This document shows positions 28,414 through 36,470 of a DNA stretch of 64,000 nt, in pieces; within the stretch, counting starts at the first letter, position 1, and every line of letters begins with the position of its first letter. The position numbers and the translations under genes were made by a program. The notes beneath the pieces are model-generated. The model worked only from the letters and a program-made list of their open reading frames with translations, was not told where the DNA came from and ran no database searches. This DNA is from an uncultured Prevotella sp. (GTDB lineage: Bacteria > Bacteroidota > Bacteroidia > Bacteroidales > Bacteroidaceae), in assembly GCA_964511295.1 (NCBI GenBank), contig CAZEEP010000001.1, forward strand, positions 71,022-135,021, written 5' to 3'.

Positions 28414-29910
28414 TCAACGAGCTTTCAACGGCTTTGCGCTGCCCATCGGTATGAATACGAACTCAATGCCCTTGCCGTGCTTGGGGTCGAGGTTGCGGCT
28501 GTAGCGCATGGTCTCCGGCGAATCCCAATGCTCAAACACGCCAAGGCTTTCCACGGGCTTGCCGCCCTGCATGTACTTAGTGCCTGAAGGCGCATTCTGC
28601 GGGTCAGCCATCTCAAGGAGATAGTCGCTTGCCTGGTTGCGGACGAGGATGCGCGGCACGTTGTAAAAACCTGTCTCCCTGTTGTTGATACTTTGCGCAT
28701 AGAGCAAGTCGAGCCCTACGCTTTCAAGCGCCACTTCGTCAAGCGAGGCAAGCAGCGATGCCGGCCAATCGGTGTTTTCATAAGGCTCCACCCTGTTGTA
28801 GAAAGGCGCATTGGGGAAATGCAAAGGATAGGAGGCGTGCTTCCTGCCGCAATAAAGCCCGTCGAGCATGAACAGAATGGTCTTCGCCCCAAGGTTTGGC
28901 GACGCGTTCAAGTCAACGAGCGGCGAGTATGCGTGAGGCTTGCCGTCTTGCTGCGTGTTCAGGAAATGGTGCATCTCCCACGGAGCGCGCACGCTTCCGG
29001 CATGGTTTTTCGCCGTCATGGTGACTGCCGTCTGCCCCTCGTCGCCAAGCTCCATATAATTGAACGGATAGCTGTGCAGCTTCAGCATGGCAAGGTTTAC
29101 GATGTAGGTAGCGTCATACACCTGTCGCGGAATGACCCTTGCGCCGTCAAATTTTCCAGCCGAATAGTCTATGGCACGAATCCAGTTAGGCTTCTGAAGA
29201 AGCGAGTGGTCGCCCGTTTTGGGGTTCACGGGCTGGTACTTGCGCACTCCCGGGTCGTCTTGCACAAACTTCACGTCGGGATATTCGCCCCAAACAAGGT
29301 TCAGAATCTCCGCTGCAATAGGGCGGCGACCGTCGTATATAATAATGTCTTGTGGGCGTACCCCTGCCGCTTTGACCAGCTGGCGAACCATTGCCAGTAT
29401 CACCTGCGGAGCCTCATCGCTCCTGTTGCTATATGTCTCGCGAGCCTTGGCGTTGTTGAGGTTCACCTTCACGGCAACGACCTCGCCCGGCTTGTAAGCT
29501 CCGTCTTTCTTGCCGAAACGCTGCTGGTAATAATACCTGAAAATCTTGCGCCACGCATCCTTGTCGCTTTTCGCGCCAGTCAGCCGCCTAAGCGTCACCG
29601 ACATCATTTCCGAGCATTTCTCCAAGTCGGTGTTCTCCGGCAGGAACCATTGGTCTTCCTCCACGTTCCATCTTCCTTTCCATCGGCACACCTCCGGGTA
29701 ACGTGTCATGACAACGCGTCCGGGATAGATGCCGCGCGCCTTGCCTATCGGCTGGTTGCTGACACCGGGCTTCCATGTAAACTCTTTCAGCAGGCTTTCC
29801 TTTATGGGCTCGGCGTTGGGATACTTCGTCTTGTCCCACGTGCCTTGCTGCGCCTGCACGGCAACGGCAAATCCAAGAAATGCCGTAAGAATAAACGCTT
29901 TTCTATTCAT
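28414..29910 (-). CDS. Secreted hypothetical protein, 498 aa; weak resemblance to the DUF362 family
   Basis: Signal peptide (FLGFAVAVQAQQ). VVAVKVNLNNAKA and APQVILAMVRQLVKAAGVRPQDIIIYDG resemble the DUF362 N-terminal pattern. The CDS itself is well supported by its length and codon bias, but the family call is tentative. Confidence 0.45.
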   Translation of the reverse strand: MNRKAFILTAFLGFAVAVQAQQGTWDKTKYPNAEPIKESLLKEFTWKPGVSNQPIGKARGIYPGRVVMTRYPEVCRWKGRWNVEEDQWFLPENTDLEKCSEMMSVTLRRLTGAKSDKDAWRKIFRYYYQQRFGKKDGAYKPGEVVAVKVNLNNAKARETYSNRSDEAPQVILAMVRQLVKAAGVRPQDIIIYDGRRPIAAEILNLVWGEYPDVKFVQDDPGVRKYQPVNPKTGDHSLLQKPNWIRAIDYSAGKFDGARVIPRQVYDATYIVNLAMLKLHSYPFNYMELGDEGQTAVTMTAKNHAGSVRAPWEMHHFLNTQQDGKPHAYSPLVDLNASPNLGAKTILFMLDGLYCGRKHASYPLHFPNAPFYNRVEPYENTDWPASLLASLDEVALESVGLDLLYAQSINNRETGFYNVPRILVRNQASDYLLEMADPQNAPSGTKYMQGGKPVESLGVFEHWDSPETMRYSRNLDPKHGKGIEFVFIPMGSAKPLKAR

Positions 29911-30061
29911 GTTTTTCTTTTTTTGATTAATTCTTAAAAGCGATACAAATATACGGAAAGTTTGGTGTGTATTGCGTATGTTTTACTGACAATCCTGTTG
30001 CCCATTCCTATCCTGTAAATGTTTGTCACGAAATCGGACAAAAAAAACACCACCATTATAC

Positions 30062-30069
30062 TACTTTTG
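30062..30069 (+). promoter_or_regulatory. -7 promoter box TACTTTTG upstream of the CE15 gene
   Basis: TAnnTTTG match, 32 nt upstream of the ATG at 30101. Confidence 0.45.
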
Positions 30070-30100
30070 CATAATGAAAGCTTAAAATCAAAATAAACTT

Positions 30101-31303
30101 ATGAGAAACACAATTGCCACAATCAGTTTCCTTCTTTTGCCTGCCATGTCACCGGCGCAAGATATAAAGATGGAATGGACTCGTAACTTTGACGAGTCAA
30201 AGGTTCCTGCATATACGCTGCCCGACCCTTTGCTATGCGAGAACGGCGAAAAGGTCAGGACCGTAGAGGAATGGGAGAAGCATCGCCGCCCCGAGCTGCT
30301 TGACCTCGTCACCACATACATGTACGGGAAAGCACCTGTCCTGAAGCATCCGTTGCAATGGCGCGTAGACTCCATAGACAAGAGCTACAGGTTCGCCAAA
30401 GGCAAAAGCCAGCCGCAATACACACGCAAGATAGTAACGATATACCTGACGGAAAAGAAAGACAAGGGGGCTTTGTTCCATGCGGAGATTATAACGCCCA
30501 ACGCGGTGTCAAGCCCCGTGCCCACGTTCATGATGTTCGGAGGCAACAAGCTTGCCAAGGGCTTTGGCGCAACGCAGAAGATACTGGACCGCGGCTATGG
30601 CGTAGCGGTGCTGAACACCACCGAGGGCGTGCCCGACGGCATGGACGCTTTCAAGCGCGGAGCCATTCCGGCTTATTACGCCGACGGGCAAACATACCGC
30701 CTGCCCGACCAGTGGGGATGCCTTGCCGCATGGGCATGGGAGGCAAGCCGCCTGCTGGACTACCTACAGTCCGACGAATCGGTAGACGCCTCCAAGGTTG
30801 CCATACTCGGGCACTCGCGCATGGGAAAGGCAGCCCTGTGGACCGCCGCCCGGGACGAACGCTTCGCCATGTCAATACCCGTAAACTCAGGCTGTGGCGG
30901 CTGTGCGCTTTCAAGGAGGATGATAGGCGAGACATTGTGGGCAATGAACGACCGCTTCCCCTACTGGACCTGCGACAATTTCCAGCAGTTCAACATGCGT
31001 GAGGCATACTTGCCCTTCGACCAGCATTCGGTCATATCGCTCGTTGCGCCACGCCCCGTGTACCTCGCCACCGGCAAGGACGACAGCTGGGCCGACCCTC
31101 TGGGCGAGTTTCTTGCAGGCAAGGCAGCCGAGCCCGTCTACGCCCTCTACGGGCTGCAAGGCATAGGATGCGACAAGCAGCCTGCCGTGGACGTTGCCAT
31201 GAACAAAGGCCATATCGCCTACCACATACGCACGGGCGGACACGCCATTCTCGACTTCGACTGGGACAAGTTCCTGGAATACGCCGACCGATACTTGAAA
31301 TAA
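30101..31303 (+). CDS. Carbohydrate esterase family 15 (glucuronoyl esterase)
   Basis: Signal peptide. The CE15 nucleophile motif GHSRMGKAALW (G-x-S-R-x-G-K) is followed by NSGCGGCALSRR. The C-terminal RTGGHAILDFDW contains the candidate catalytic His. Confidence 0.8.
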   Translation: MRNTIATISFLLLPAMSPAQDIKMEWTRNFDESKVPAYTLPDPLLCENGEKVRTVEEWEKHRRPELLDLVTTYMYGKAPVLKHPLQWRVDSIDKSYRFAKGKSQPQYTRKIVTIYLTEKKDKGALFHAEIITPNAVSSPVPTFMMFGGNKLAKGFGATQKILDRGYGVAVLNTTEGVPDGMDAFKRGAIPAYYADGQTYRLPDQWGCLAAWAWEASRLLDYLQSDESVDASKVAILGHSRMGKAALWTAARDERFAMSIPVNSGCGGCALSRRMIGETLWAMNDRFPYWTCDNFQQFNMREAYLPFDQHSVISLVAPRPVYLATGKDDSWADPLGEFLAGKAAEPVYALYGLQGIGCDKQPAVDVAMNKGHIAYHIRTGGHAILDFDWDKFLEYADRYLK

Positions 31304-31325
31304 CAAATCTCTGTAATATAAACAC

Positions 31326-33860
31326 ATGAACAAAAGATTCTTAACAACCATCACTCTTGCTCTCGCCATAGCATCGGCTATGGCGCAGGGCAACCTCGAC
31401 GTTGCCACCCAAAAGGCAAAGGCCACCCTCGCTAAGATGACCCTTGACGAGAAGCTTCGCCTCATAGACGGCAACGGCTTTGACATACAGCCCATAGAAC
31501 GCCTTGGCATAAAGCGCGTTCACATGTATGACGGCCCAATAGGCGTGCGCGGCACAAAGCCAGCCAACGCCATCTATCCGTCCGGCATCGAAGGTGCCAT
31601 TGCCGAGCGACTGGCGCCTACCAACAGCACCGCCTACCCTGCGTCGGTGATGCTCGCCGCTACATGGAACCCTCTGTTGGCACACGACTATGGCTATGCC
31701 CTCGGACGCGACAGCAGGGCGCGCGGCATAAACATCATACTGGGCCCGGGCGTGAACATATACCGCTCGCCACGCAACGCACGCAACTTCGAGTATATGG
31801 GCGAGGACCCGTTCCTGACATCACGCATGGCTGTGGGATACATACAGGGCGTGCAGGCTAACCCGGGCGTGATAGCATGCGTGAAGCATTTCGCCGCAAA
31901 CAACCCCGAGAGCGGACGATATGACGTAAGCTCCGACGTAGACGAGCGTACAATGCACGAGATATACCTGCCGGCGTTCAAGGCTGCCGTGCAAGAGGGA
32001 GGCGTAGGTTCCATAATGTCGAGCTACAACCGTATATGGGGCACGTGGACATCGGAAAACTACTGGCTCATGCACGAGGTGCTGCGCGGCAATTGGCATT
32101 TCCCGTTCATCTCCATGACCGACTGGGGAGCCGCCCACCACACCGCGCCAATAGTGAAATACGGAGTTGACTTGGAGATGCCAGGCGGCTCGGCAATGTC
32201 TGCCAAGAGGGTTAAGCCGCTCATAGAAAGCGGAAAGCTCACCGAGGCAATGATTGATGAGAAAGTGCTCAACATTCTTCGTACATGCTATTATTTCAAT
32301 CTCTACGACTACGACACTCCCGACCTGTCCATCCCACTCGACAACAAGGAGAACGCCGAGACAGCATATCGCGTAGCTAAAGAGGGATTCGTATTGCTGA
32401 AGAACGAAGGCGTGCTGCCAATAGGGCAAAACGTGAAGCGCATCTGCATCACCGGCCACAATGCACTCGACTATGTGTCGGGCGGAGGAAGCAGCATTGT
32501 CACGCCGTTCAGGAAGACATCGCCCTACGAGCAGATTGCCGCCCTGTGCAAGAAGAAAGGCATAAAGCTTGAATACAGGGACCTTGAAGAAAACCCGGAC
32601 GTTGTAAGTACTTGCTGTTTTACCGACGCCAAGCTGAAGAAACAAGGCATCAGCGCAACATATTATAACAACAAGAACCTGCAAGGCGAGCCGATGCTCT
32701 CGCGCATAGAGAAAAGCGTGCATTCGCCGTGGCTTAAGAACCCCATAAAGAACCTTAACCCGGACAACAGTTTCTCTGCACGCTACAAGACATGGGTGTG
32801 CGTGAAGGAAAGCGGATCATACATCATAAGCGTCAGCGGCGACGACGGCTACAGGATGAAGATGGACGGCAAGACAATCGTAGACGACTGGCACGACGGC
32901 ACTGCACGACTCTTCACGAAGGAATTGCAGCTGGAGGCAGGCAAGACCTACCCGATAGAGATAGAATATTTCCAAAGCGGCGGCGGTTGCTCGGTTGACT
33001 TTAAGCTGAACCGCGTAGATGCCAACGGCAAAGCACGCATACGTCAGGAACTGTCCGGCTTCGACCTTGTTTTAGTGTGCGAAGGCCTCGACAAGAACCT
33101 TGAGGCAGAGGGTGGCGACCGCACGTTCGCCCTGAACAAAGACCGCGAGTCGGTACTTGAGGCAGCGGCAAACAGCGGCGTTCCTGCCGTGGCAGTAATC
33201 AATGCCGGCGGCAATATAGAAAGCCAGCAATGGGAACCGAAACTGAAAGGACTGATATGGGCATGGTACTCGGGGCAGGAAGGCAACCGCGCACTTGCCG
33301 ACATCCTGTTCGGAAACGTGAACCCAAGCGGCAAACTGCCTATGACTTTCGAGCGCAAGGCAGAGGACAACCCGTCATATTACACCTATTCTGACCAAGG
33401 CGGAAAGCACGTGCAGTGGACGGAAGGCGTATTCACAGGCTATCGCGGCTATGAGAAGAAAGGCATAAAGCCCCTCTATCCTTTCGGCTACGGACTGAGC
33501 TACACGTCGTTCGAGCTGTCAAAGTTCGACATCTCGACTTCAACCGATACCATAACCGCCACAGCAAGCATTGCCAACACAGGCAAGCGCGAAGGCGCCG
33601 AGGTGGTGCAGCTATATGTCGGCAAATCAGGAAGCAGCCCCGTGCTGCGTCCGGCAAAAGAGCTGAAAGGCTTCCAGAAAATATCGCTCCAGCCAGGCGA
33701 GAGCAAGAGCCTGACGATAAAGGTACCAGTGGAGGCTCTCAAATATTACGACGTAAACACCCACCAGTGGGTCAGCGACCCTGGCAAATACAATGTCTAC
33801 ATGGGCACGTCAGTTGAGGACATTAAGCACCAGTGGCAGATAGAGATTCCCGAGCCATAG
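31326..33860 (+). CDS. Glycoside hydrolase family 3 (beta-glucosidase/xylosidase type) with an inserted PA14 domain
   Basis: MTLDEKLRLIDG, GPGVNIYRSPRNARNFEYMGEDPFL, KHFAANNPE, and MTDWGA (nucleophile region). PA14-like ISATYYNNKNLQGEP..GSYIISVSGDDGYRMKMDGKTIVDDW. Fn3-like C-terminus VVQLYVG..LKGFQKISLQPGESK. Confidence 0.9.
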   Translation: MNKRFLTTITLALAIASAMAQGNLDVATQKAKATLAKMTLDEKLRLIDGNGFDIQPIERLGIKRVHMYDGPIGVRGTKPANAIYPSGIEGAIAERLAPTNSTAYPASVMLAATWNPLLAHDYGYALGRDSRARGINIILGPGVNIYRSPRNARNFEYMGEDPFLTSRMAVGYIQGVQANPGVIACVKHFAANNPESGRYDVSSDVDERTMHEIYLPAFKAAVQEGGVGSIMSSYNRIWGTWTSENYWLMHEVLRGNWHFPFISMTDWGAAHHTAPIVKYGVDLEMPGGSAMSAKRVKPLIESGKLTEAMIDEKVLNILRTCYYFNLYDYDTPDLSIPLDNKENAETAYRVAKEGFVLLKNEGVLPIGQNVKRICITGHNALDYVSGGGSSIVTPFRKTSPYEQIAALCKKKGIKLEYRDLEENPDVVSTCCFTDAKLKKQGISATYYNNKNLQGEPMLSRIEKSVHSPWLKNPIKNLNPDNSFSARYKTWVCVKESGSYIISVSGDDGYRMKMDGKTIVDDWHDGTARLFTKELQLEAGKTYPIEIEYFQSGGGCSVDFKLNRVDANGKARIRQELSGFDLVLVCEGLDKNLEAEGGDRTFALNKDRESVLEAAANSGVPAVAVINAGGNIESQQWEPKLKGLIWAWYSGQEGNRALADILFGNVNPSGKLPMTFERKAEDNPSYYTYSDQGGKHVQWTEGVFTGYRGYEKKGIKPLYPFGYGLSYTSFELSKFDISTSTDTITATASIANTGKREGAEVVQLYVGKSGSSPVLRPAKELKGFQKISLQPGESKSLTIKVPVEALKYYDVNTHQWVSDPGKYNVYMGTSVEDIKHQWQIEIPEP

Positions 33861-33875
33861 ACGCTCCCTCCTTGC

Positions 33876-33920
33876 GCCACGGCGGCATTGCCTACGGACA
33901 GTGCCGCCGTGGCTCGTTTT
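33876..33920 (+). terminator. Rho-independent terminator after the GH3 gene
   Basis: Perfect 12-bp stem GCCACGGCGGCA / TGCCGCCGTGGC (33876-33887 and 33902-33913), followed by TCGTTTT. Confidence 0.7.
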
Positions 33921-33960
33921 ACCTGAAAAAACATGTTTTAATTTTATAGGAAACAGAGTT

Positions 33961-35493
33961 ATGTTAAAACACAAAATCATGTTGAGCCTCGCCCTCCTTT
34001 GCCTTGCATGGGGCAAAGCATCGTCCCAGAATGCCATAACGCTTGACGGCAACGCCTCTCTGGGCAAAGTGTCGCCATACGTGTTCGGCCAGTTCATAGA
34101 GTACATGGGGCAGTGCGTCAACGGCGGCGTGTTCGAAGAAGGCTCGCCCCTCTCCGACACCAAGGGCGTGCGGCAGGACGTACTCGCCAAGGCGAAGGAG
34201 CTCGCGCCCACCATGCTCAGATTCCCTGGAGGCACGTCTATCAAGGTGTTCCATTGGGAGGACGGCGTAGGGCCTCTCTCGGAAAGGAAAAGCCGCAAGA
34301 ACCTTGTATGGGGCGGCATAGACAATTACCATTTCGGCACCTGCGAGTTCATACAGTATTGCCGTGAGTTAGGTTGCGAGCCCGTGCTCGTCATCAACAT
34401 CTCCACAGGTACGCCCGACGAGGCTGCCAACTGGGTGGAGTACTGTAACGGCACGGAAGACACCTATTACGCCAACCTGCGCCGCAGCCACGGATTCGAG
34501 AAACCGTTCAACGTGAAGTACTGGGCACTTGGCAACGAAGAAGCCGCCGAGCCGGACGCCGGCAGGCATCAAGACCCTAACTTCTACGTGAAAGACGTGT
34601 GGCAATACATCAAGCTCATGAAGCTCACCGACCCATCAATAGAGCTTATCGCCAACGGCGAAAGGGGTAAGCCCGAATGGAACAAGGCCATCCTCGAAGG
34701 CCTCAACGGAGCCATAAACTACATTTCCTACCACGGCTACGTGAGCACCGCCGCAAGCCGCCCCTACTCCATCTTCGAGGGCATCAGCCAAGTGGACAGG
34801 GAACTGACCGCCTTTGCCGCCGACATACGCAAGTACGCCCCCGGCGACAAGCCAAAGACATGGCAGCGCTGGTACCGCTTCCCGGCACGCACCAAGCCCA
34901 TCCAAATAGCTATGGACGAATGGGGGATATGGGAACGGCAGGGAGCCGTCTACGGCACCACCGACATCTACGAGTGGCGACACGGGCTCGCCACGGCATG
35001 CTACCTAAACGTCATCCTGCGCCATGCCGCCGACATGGGCATGTGCAACTGGGCACAGATGGTGAACGTACTCGCGCCAATCATGACCAACAAGCAAACC
35101 TCTATCCGCCAGACGGTCTTCTTCCCCCTCAAGGAGTACCGCCACGCCGCCCTCGGCGAGAGCCTGACAGCAAACGTGGTGTCGGAGAAAGCAAACGGCA
35201 ACCTCAACGCCATCGACGCTGCCGCAACAATAGACCGCGACAATCGGCAGATAGTGCTTTTCGTGGTCAACATATCACCGAATGCCGTCAAGACATCGCT
35301 TGAGGCAAAGAATCTCGGCAAGCTCACGCTCACCAAGTCTACCACTCTAACCAGCGACAAACTTGACGCAACCAACGTGTTGGAAAAACCCGACCGCAAT
35401 GTGGTGAAGACCGCCGTGAAAGCGGAGAAGCGCAACGTCAAGGACTATACGTTCGCAGCCAATTCTGTAACAGTGCTGACATTGTCCTACTGA
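33961..35493 (+). CDS. Glycoside hydrolase family 51 alpha-L-arabinofuranosidase
   Basis: FGQFIEYMGQCVNGGVFEEG, LRFPGGTSIKVFHWEDGVGP, FGTCEFIQYCRELGCEPVLVINISTGTPDEAANWVEYCNG, VKYWALGNE and IAMDEWGIW. The start was trimmed to the ATG at 33961 (MLKHKIMLSLALLCLAWGKASSQ signal). The ORF-track GTG at 33901 lies inside the terminator. Confidence 0.85.
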   Translation: MLKHKIMLSLALLCLAWGKASSQNAITLDGNASLGKVSPYVFGQFIEYMGQCVNGGVFEEGSPLSDTKGVRQDVLAKAKELAPTMLRFPGGTSIKVFHWEDGVGPLSERKSRKNLVWGGIDNYHFGTCEFIQYCRELGCEPVLVINISTGTPDEAANWVEYCNGTEDTYYANLRRSHGFEKPFNVKYWALGNEEAAEPDAGRHQDPNFYVKDVWQYIKLMKLTDPSIELIANGERGKPEWNKAILEGLNGAINYISYHGYVSTAASRPYSIFEGISQVDRELTAFAADIRKYAPGDKPKTWQRWYRFPARTKPIQIAMDEWGIWERQGAVYGTTDIYEWRHGLATACYLNVILRHAADMGMCNWAQMVNVLAPIMTNKQTSIRQTVFFPLKEYRHAALGESLTANVVSEKANGNLNAIDAAATIDRDNRQIVLFVVNISPNAVKTSLEAKNLGKLTLTKSTTLTSDKLDATNVLEKPDRNVVKTAVKAEKRNVKDYTFAANSVTVLTLSY

Positions 35494-35555
35494 TTTCTAA
35501 ACAGCTTACGCGGCAAAGGCATTAGACATCACAAGAAAAGGATTTAGTGATAGTA

Positions 35556-35644
35556 TTAAACAGCAATTGTCGGCAATTACCAGCAATTACCAAAAATTAT
35601 TCTATTTATTATTGCCGGGCATTGCCGGCAATTGCTGTTAAAAA
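35556..35644. repeat. MITE-like inverted-repeat element flanked by TTAAA direct repeats
   Basis: The left arm AACAGCAATTGTCGGCAAT (35559-35577) and right arm ATTGCCGGCAATTGCTGTT (35621-35639) are reverse complements with one mismatch. Each arm is built from three tandem 10-mers (CAGCAATTGT/CGGCAATTAC/CAGCAATTAC and ATTGCCGGGC/ATTGCCGGCA/ATTGCTGTTA). The spacer is AT-rich, and TTAAA lies immediately outside both ends. Confidence 0.5.
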
Positions 35645-35872
35645 AATCTTACATGGAGTATCAATTCAATAAGATGTTTGTACAAAAGATTACGCAGTCT
35701 CAGCCCTTCCTAAAAGAAACTCACGAAAATCCATACAAAATAACAGGTAAAAACTATAGCAAGACACTGGAGTCGTCTGCTAAAGATTGAGTCTTTGCGA
35801 AAATAATGCTTGCCTACATTTTATTTTGATATTTTCTTCCTATTTAATTCCCACGCTTCGATATTTTTTTCG

Positions 35873-35880
35873 TAAGTTTG
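35873..35880 (+). promoter_or_regulatory. -7 box TAAGTTTG upstream of the decayed AAA-ATPase gene
   Basis: TAnnTTTG match, 24 nt upstream of the ATG at 35904. Confidence 0.4.
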
Positions 35881-35903
35881 CAACTGTAATCAAAACGCAG
35901 GCT

Positions 35904-36113
35904 ATGAAGTACCCGATAGGAATACAAAATTTTGAGAGTTTACTTGGCAATGGATATACCTACGTAGACAAGACTGCCGATGCAGCCTTGTAGCAGATTG
36001 AGGACAAAGGCTATGCCAAACCACTTGCCGCCGATTCACGCATACTCTTTAAAATAGGCGTAAACTTCTCCAGCGAACATCGCAACATAGACGACTGGAA
36101 GGTGGCAGAATAG
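35904..36113 (+). pseudogene. Remnant of a predicted AAA-ATPase / PD-(D/E)XK (PDDEXK_9, DUF1703-type) gene, with an internal deletion and a nonsense codon
   Basis: The N-terminus MKYPIGIQNFESLLGNGYTYVDKT is typical of this Bacteroidales family. It is joined in frame to the family's C-terminal end ..ADAAL*QIEDKGYAKPLAADSRILFKIGVNFSSEHRNIDDWKVAE. TAG at 35991-35993 sits where full-length members have Gln. About 60 codons remain of a protein that is normally ~500 aa. Confidence 0.65.
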
Positions 36114-36277
36114 ATTGCTTTTGTCAATAAAAAATCATGCACCCCCTCTCAGGAGCAGCCATTTTTAGAAAAAACATGTGTTCGGTTTGCTACAGCACAA
36201 CCACAGGCTGAAATGCAACACACAGTGTATCAATATATTATAAGAAAGGATAAAAAATAGCATTTTTGAGCCACTAT

Positions 36278-36314
36278 CTTTACGGCGTAAAGACGACACG
36301 TTTACGCCGTAATT
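36278..36314. repeat. Two-unit inverted copy of the CGGCG-core repeat (locus D)
   Basis: TTACGGCGTAAA / TTTACGCCGTAA form a perfect 12-bp stem. ACGGCG at 36282 and ACGCCG at 36304 are again 22 bp apart. Confidence 0.6.
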
Positions 36315-36470
36315 AACAGCCCAATGCAAAGCCACGCAAGAGATAGACATCCAAAGTAGCCTTCCCTCACTCTAAAACGGGTAGTTGCAATTGTTTAATC
36401 TTTTTACTTTTTGTAAACAATTATCATACTTATTTCCCTAATATGGCTTTTTTATATTAACTTTGCCGAC

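Noticed and set aside
28693-29937. A 414-aa plus-strand ORF
   Set aside because: It is antisense to the 498-aa secreted protein, which has a signal peptide and a sensible composition. The ORF is Arg/His/Val-rich with no recognisable domain. The same reasoning rejects 36438-37370(-), 41280-42386(+), 31821-32723(-), 20884-21687(-), 38912-39697(-), 8240-9013(+), 10043-10768(+), 52547-53272(-), 56816-57664(+) and 48846-49706(+).
33901-33960. The upstream ORF-track starts for several genes: GTG 33901, ATG 17536, 47122, 58135, 55485, 58440, 37837, TTG 60257 and 8163
   Set aside because: The extensions lack signal-peptide logic and overlap terminators, upstream genes or the gene's own -7 promoter box. 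A downstream Met gives a canonical signal peptide or family N-terminus in each case, so the starts were trimmed.
35653-35790. A 45-aa plus-strand ORF (MEYQFNKMFVQKITQSQPFLKETHENPYKITGKNYSKTLESSAKD) in the AT-rich patch
   Set aside because: There is no TAnnTTTG box in a suitable position, no terminator and no recognisable motif. It lies in a decayed region next to a gene remnant. The support is insufficient to call it.
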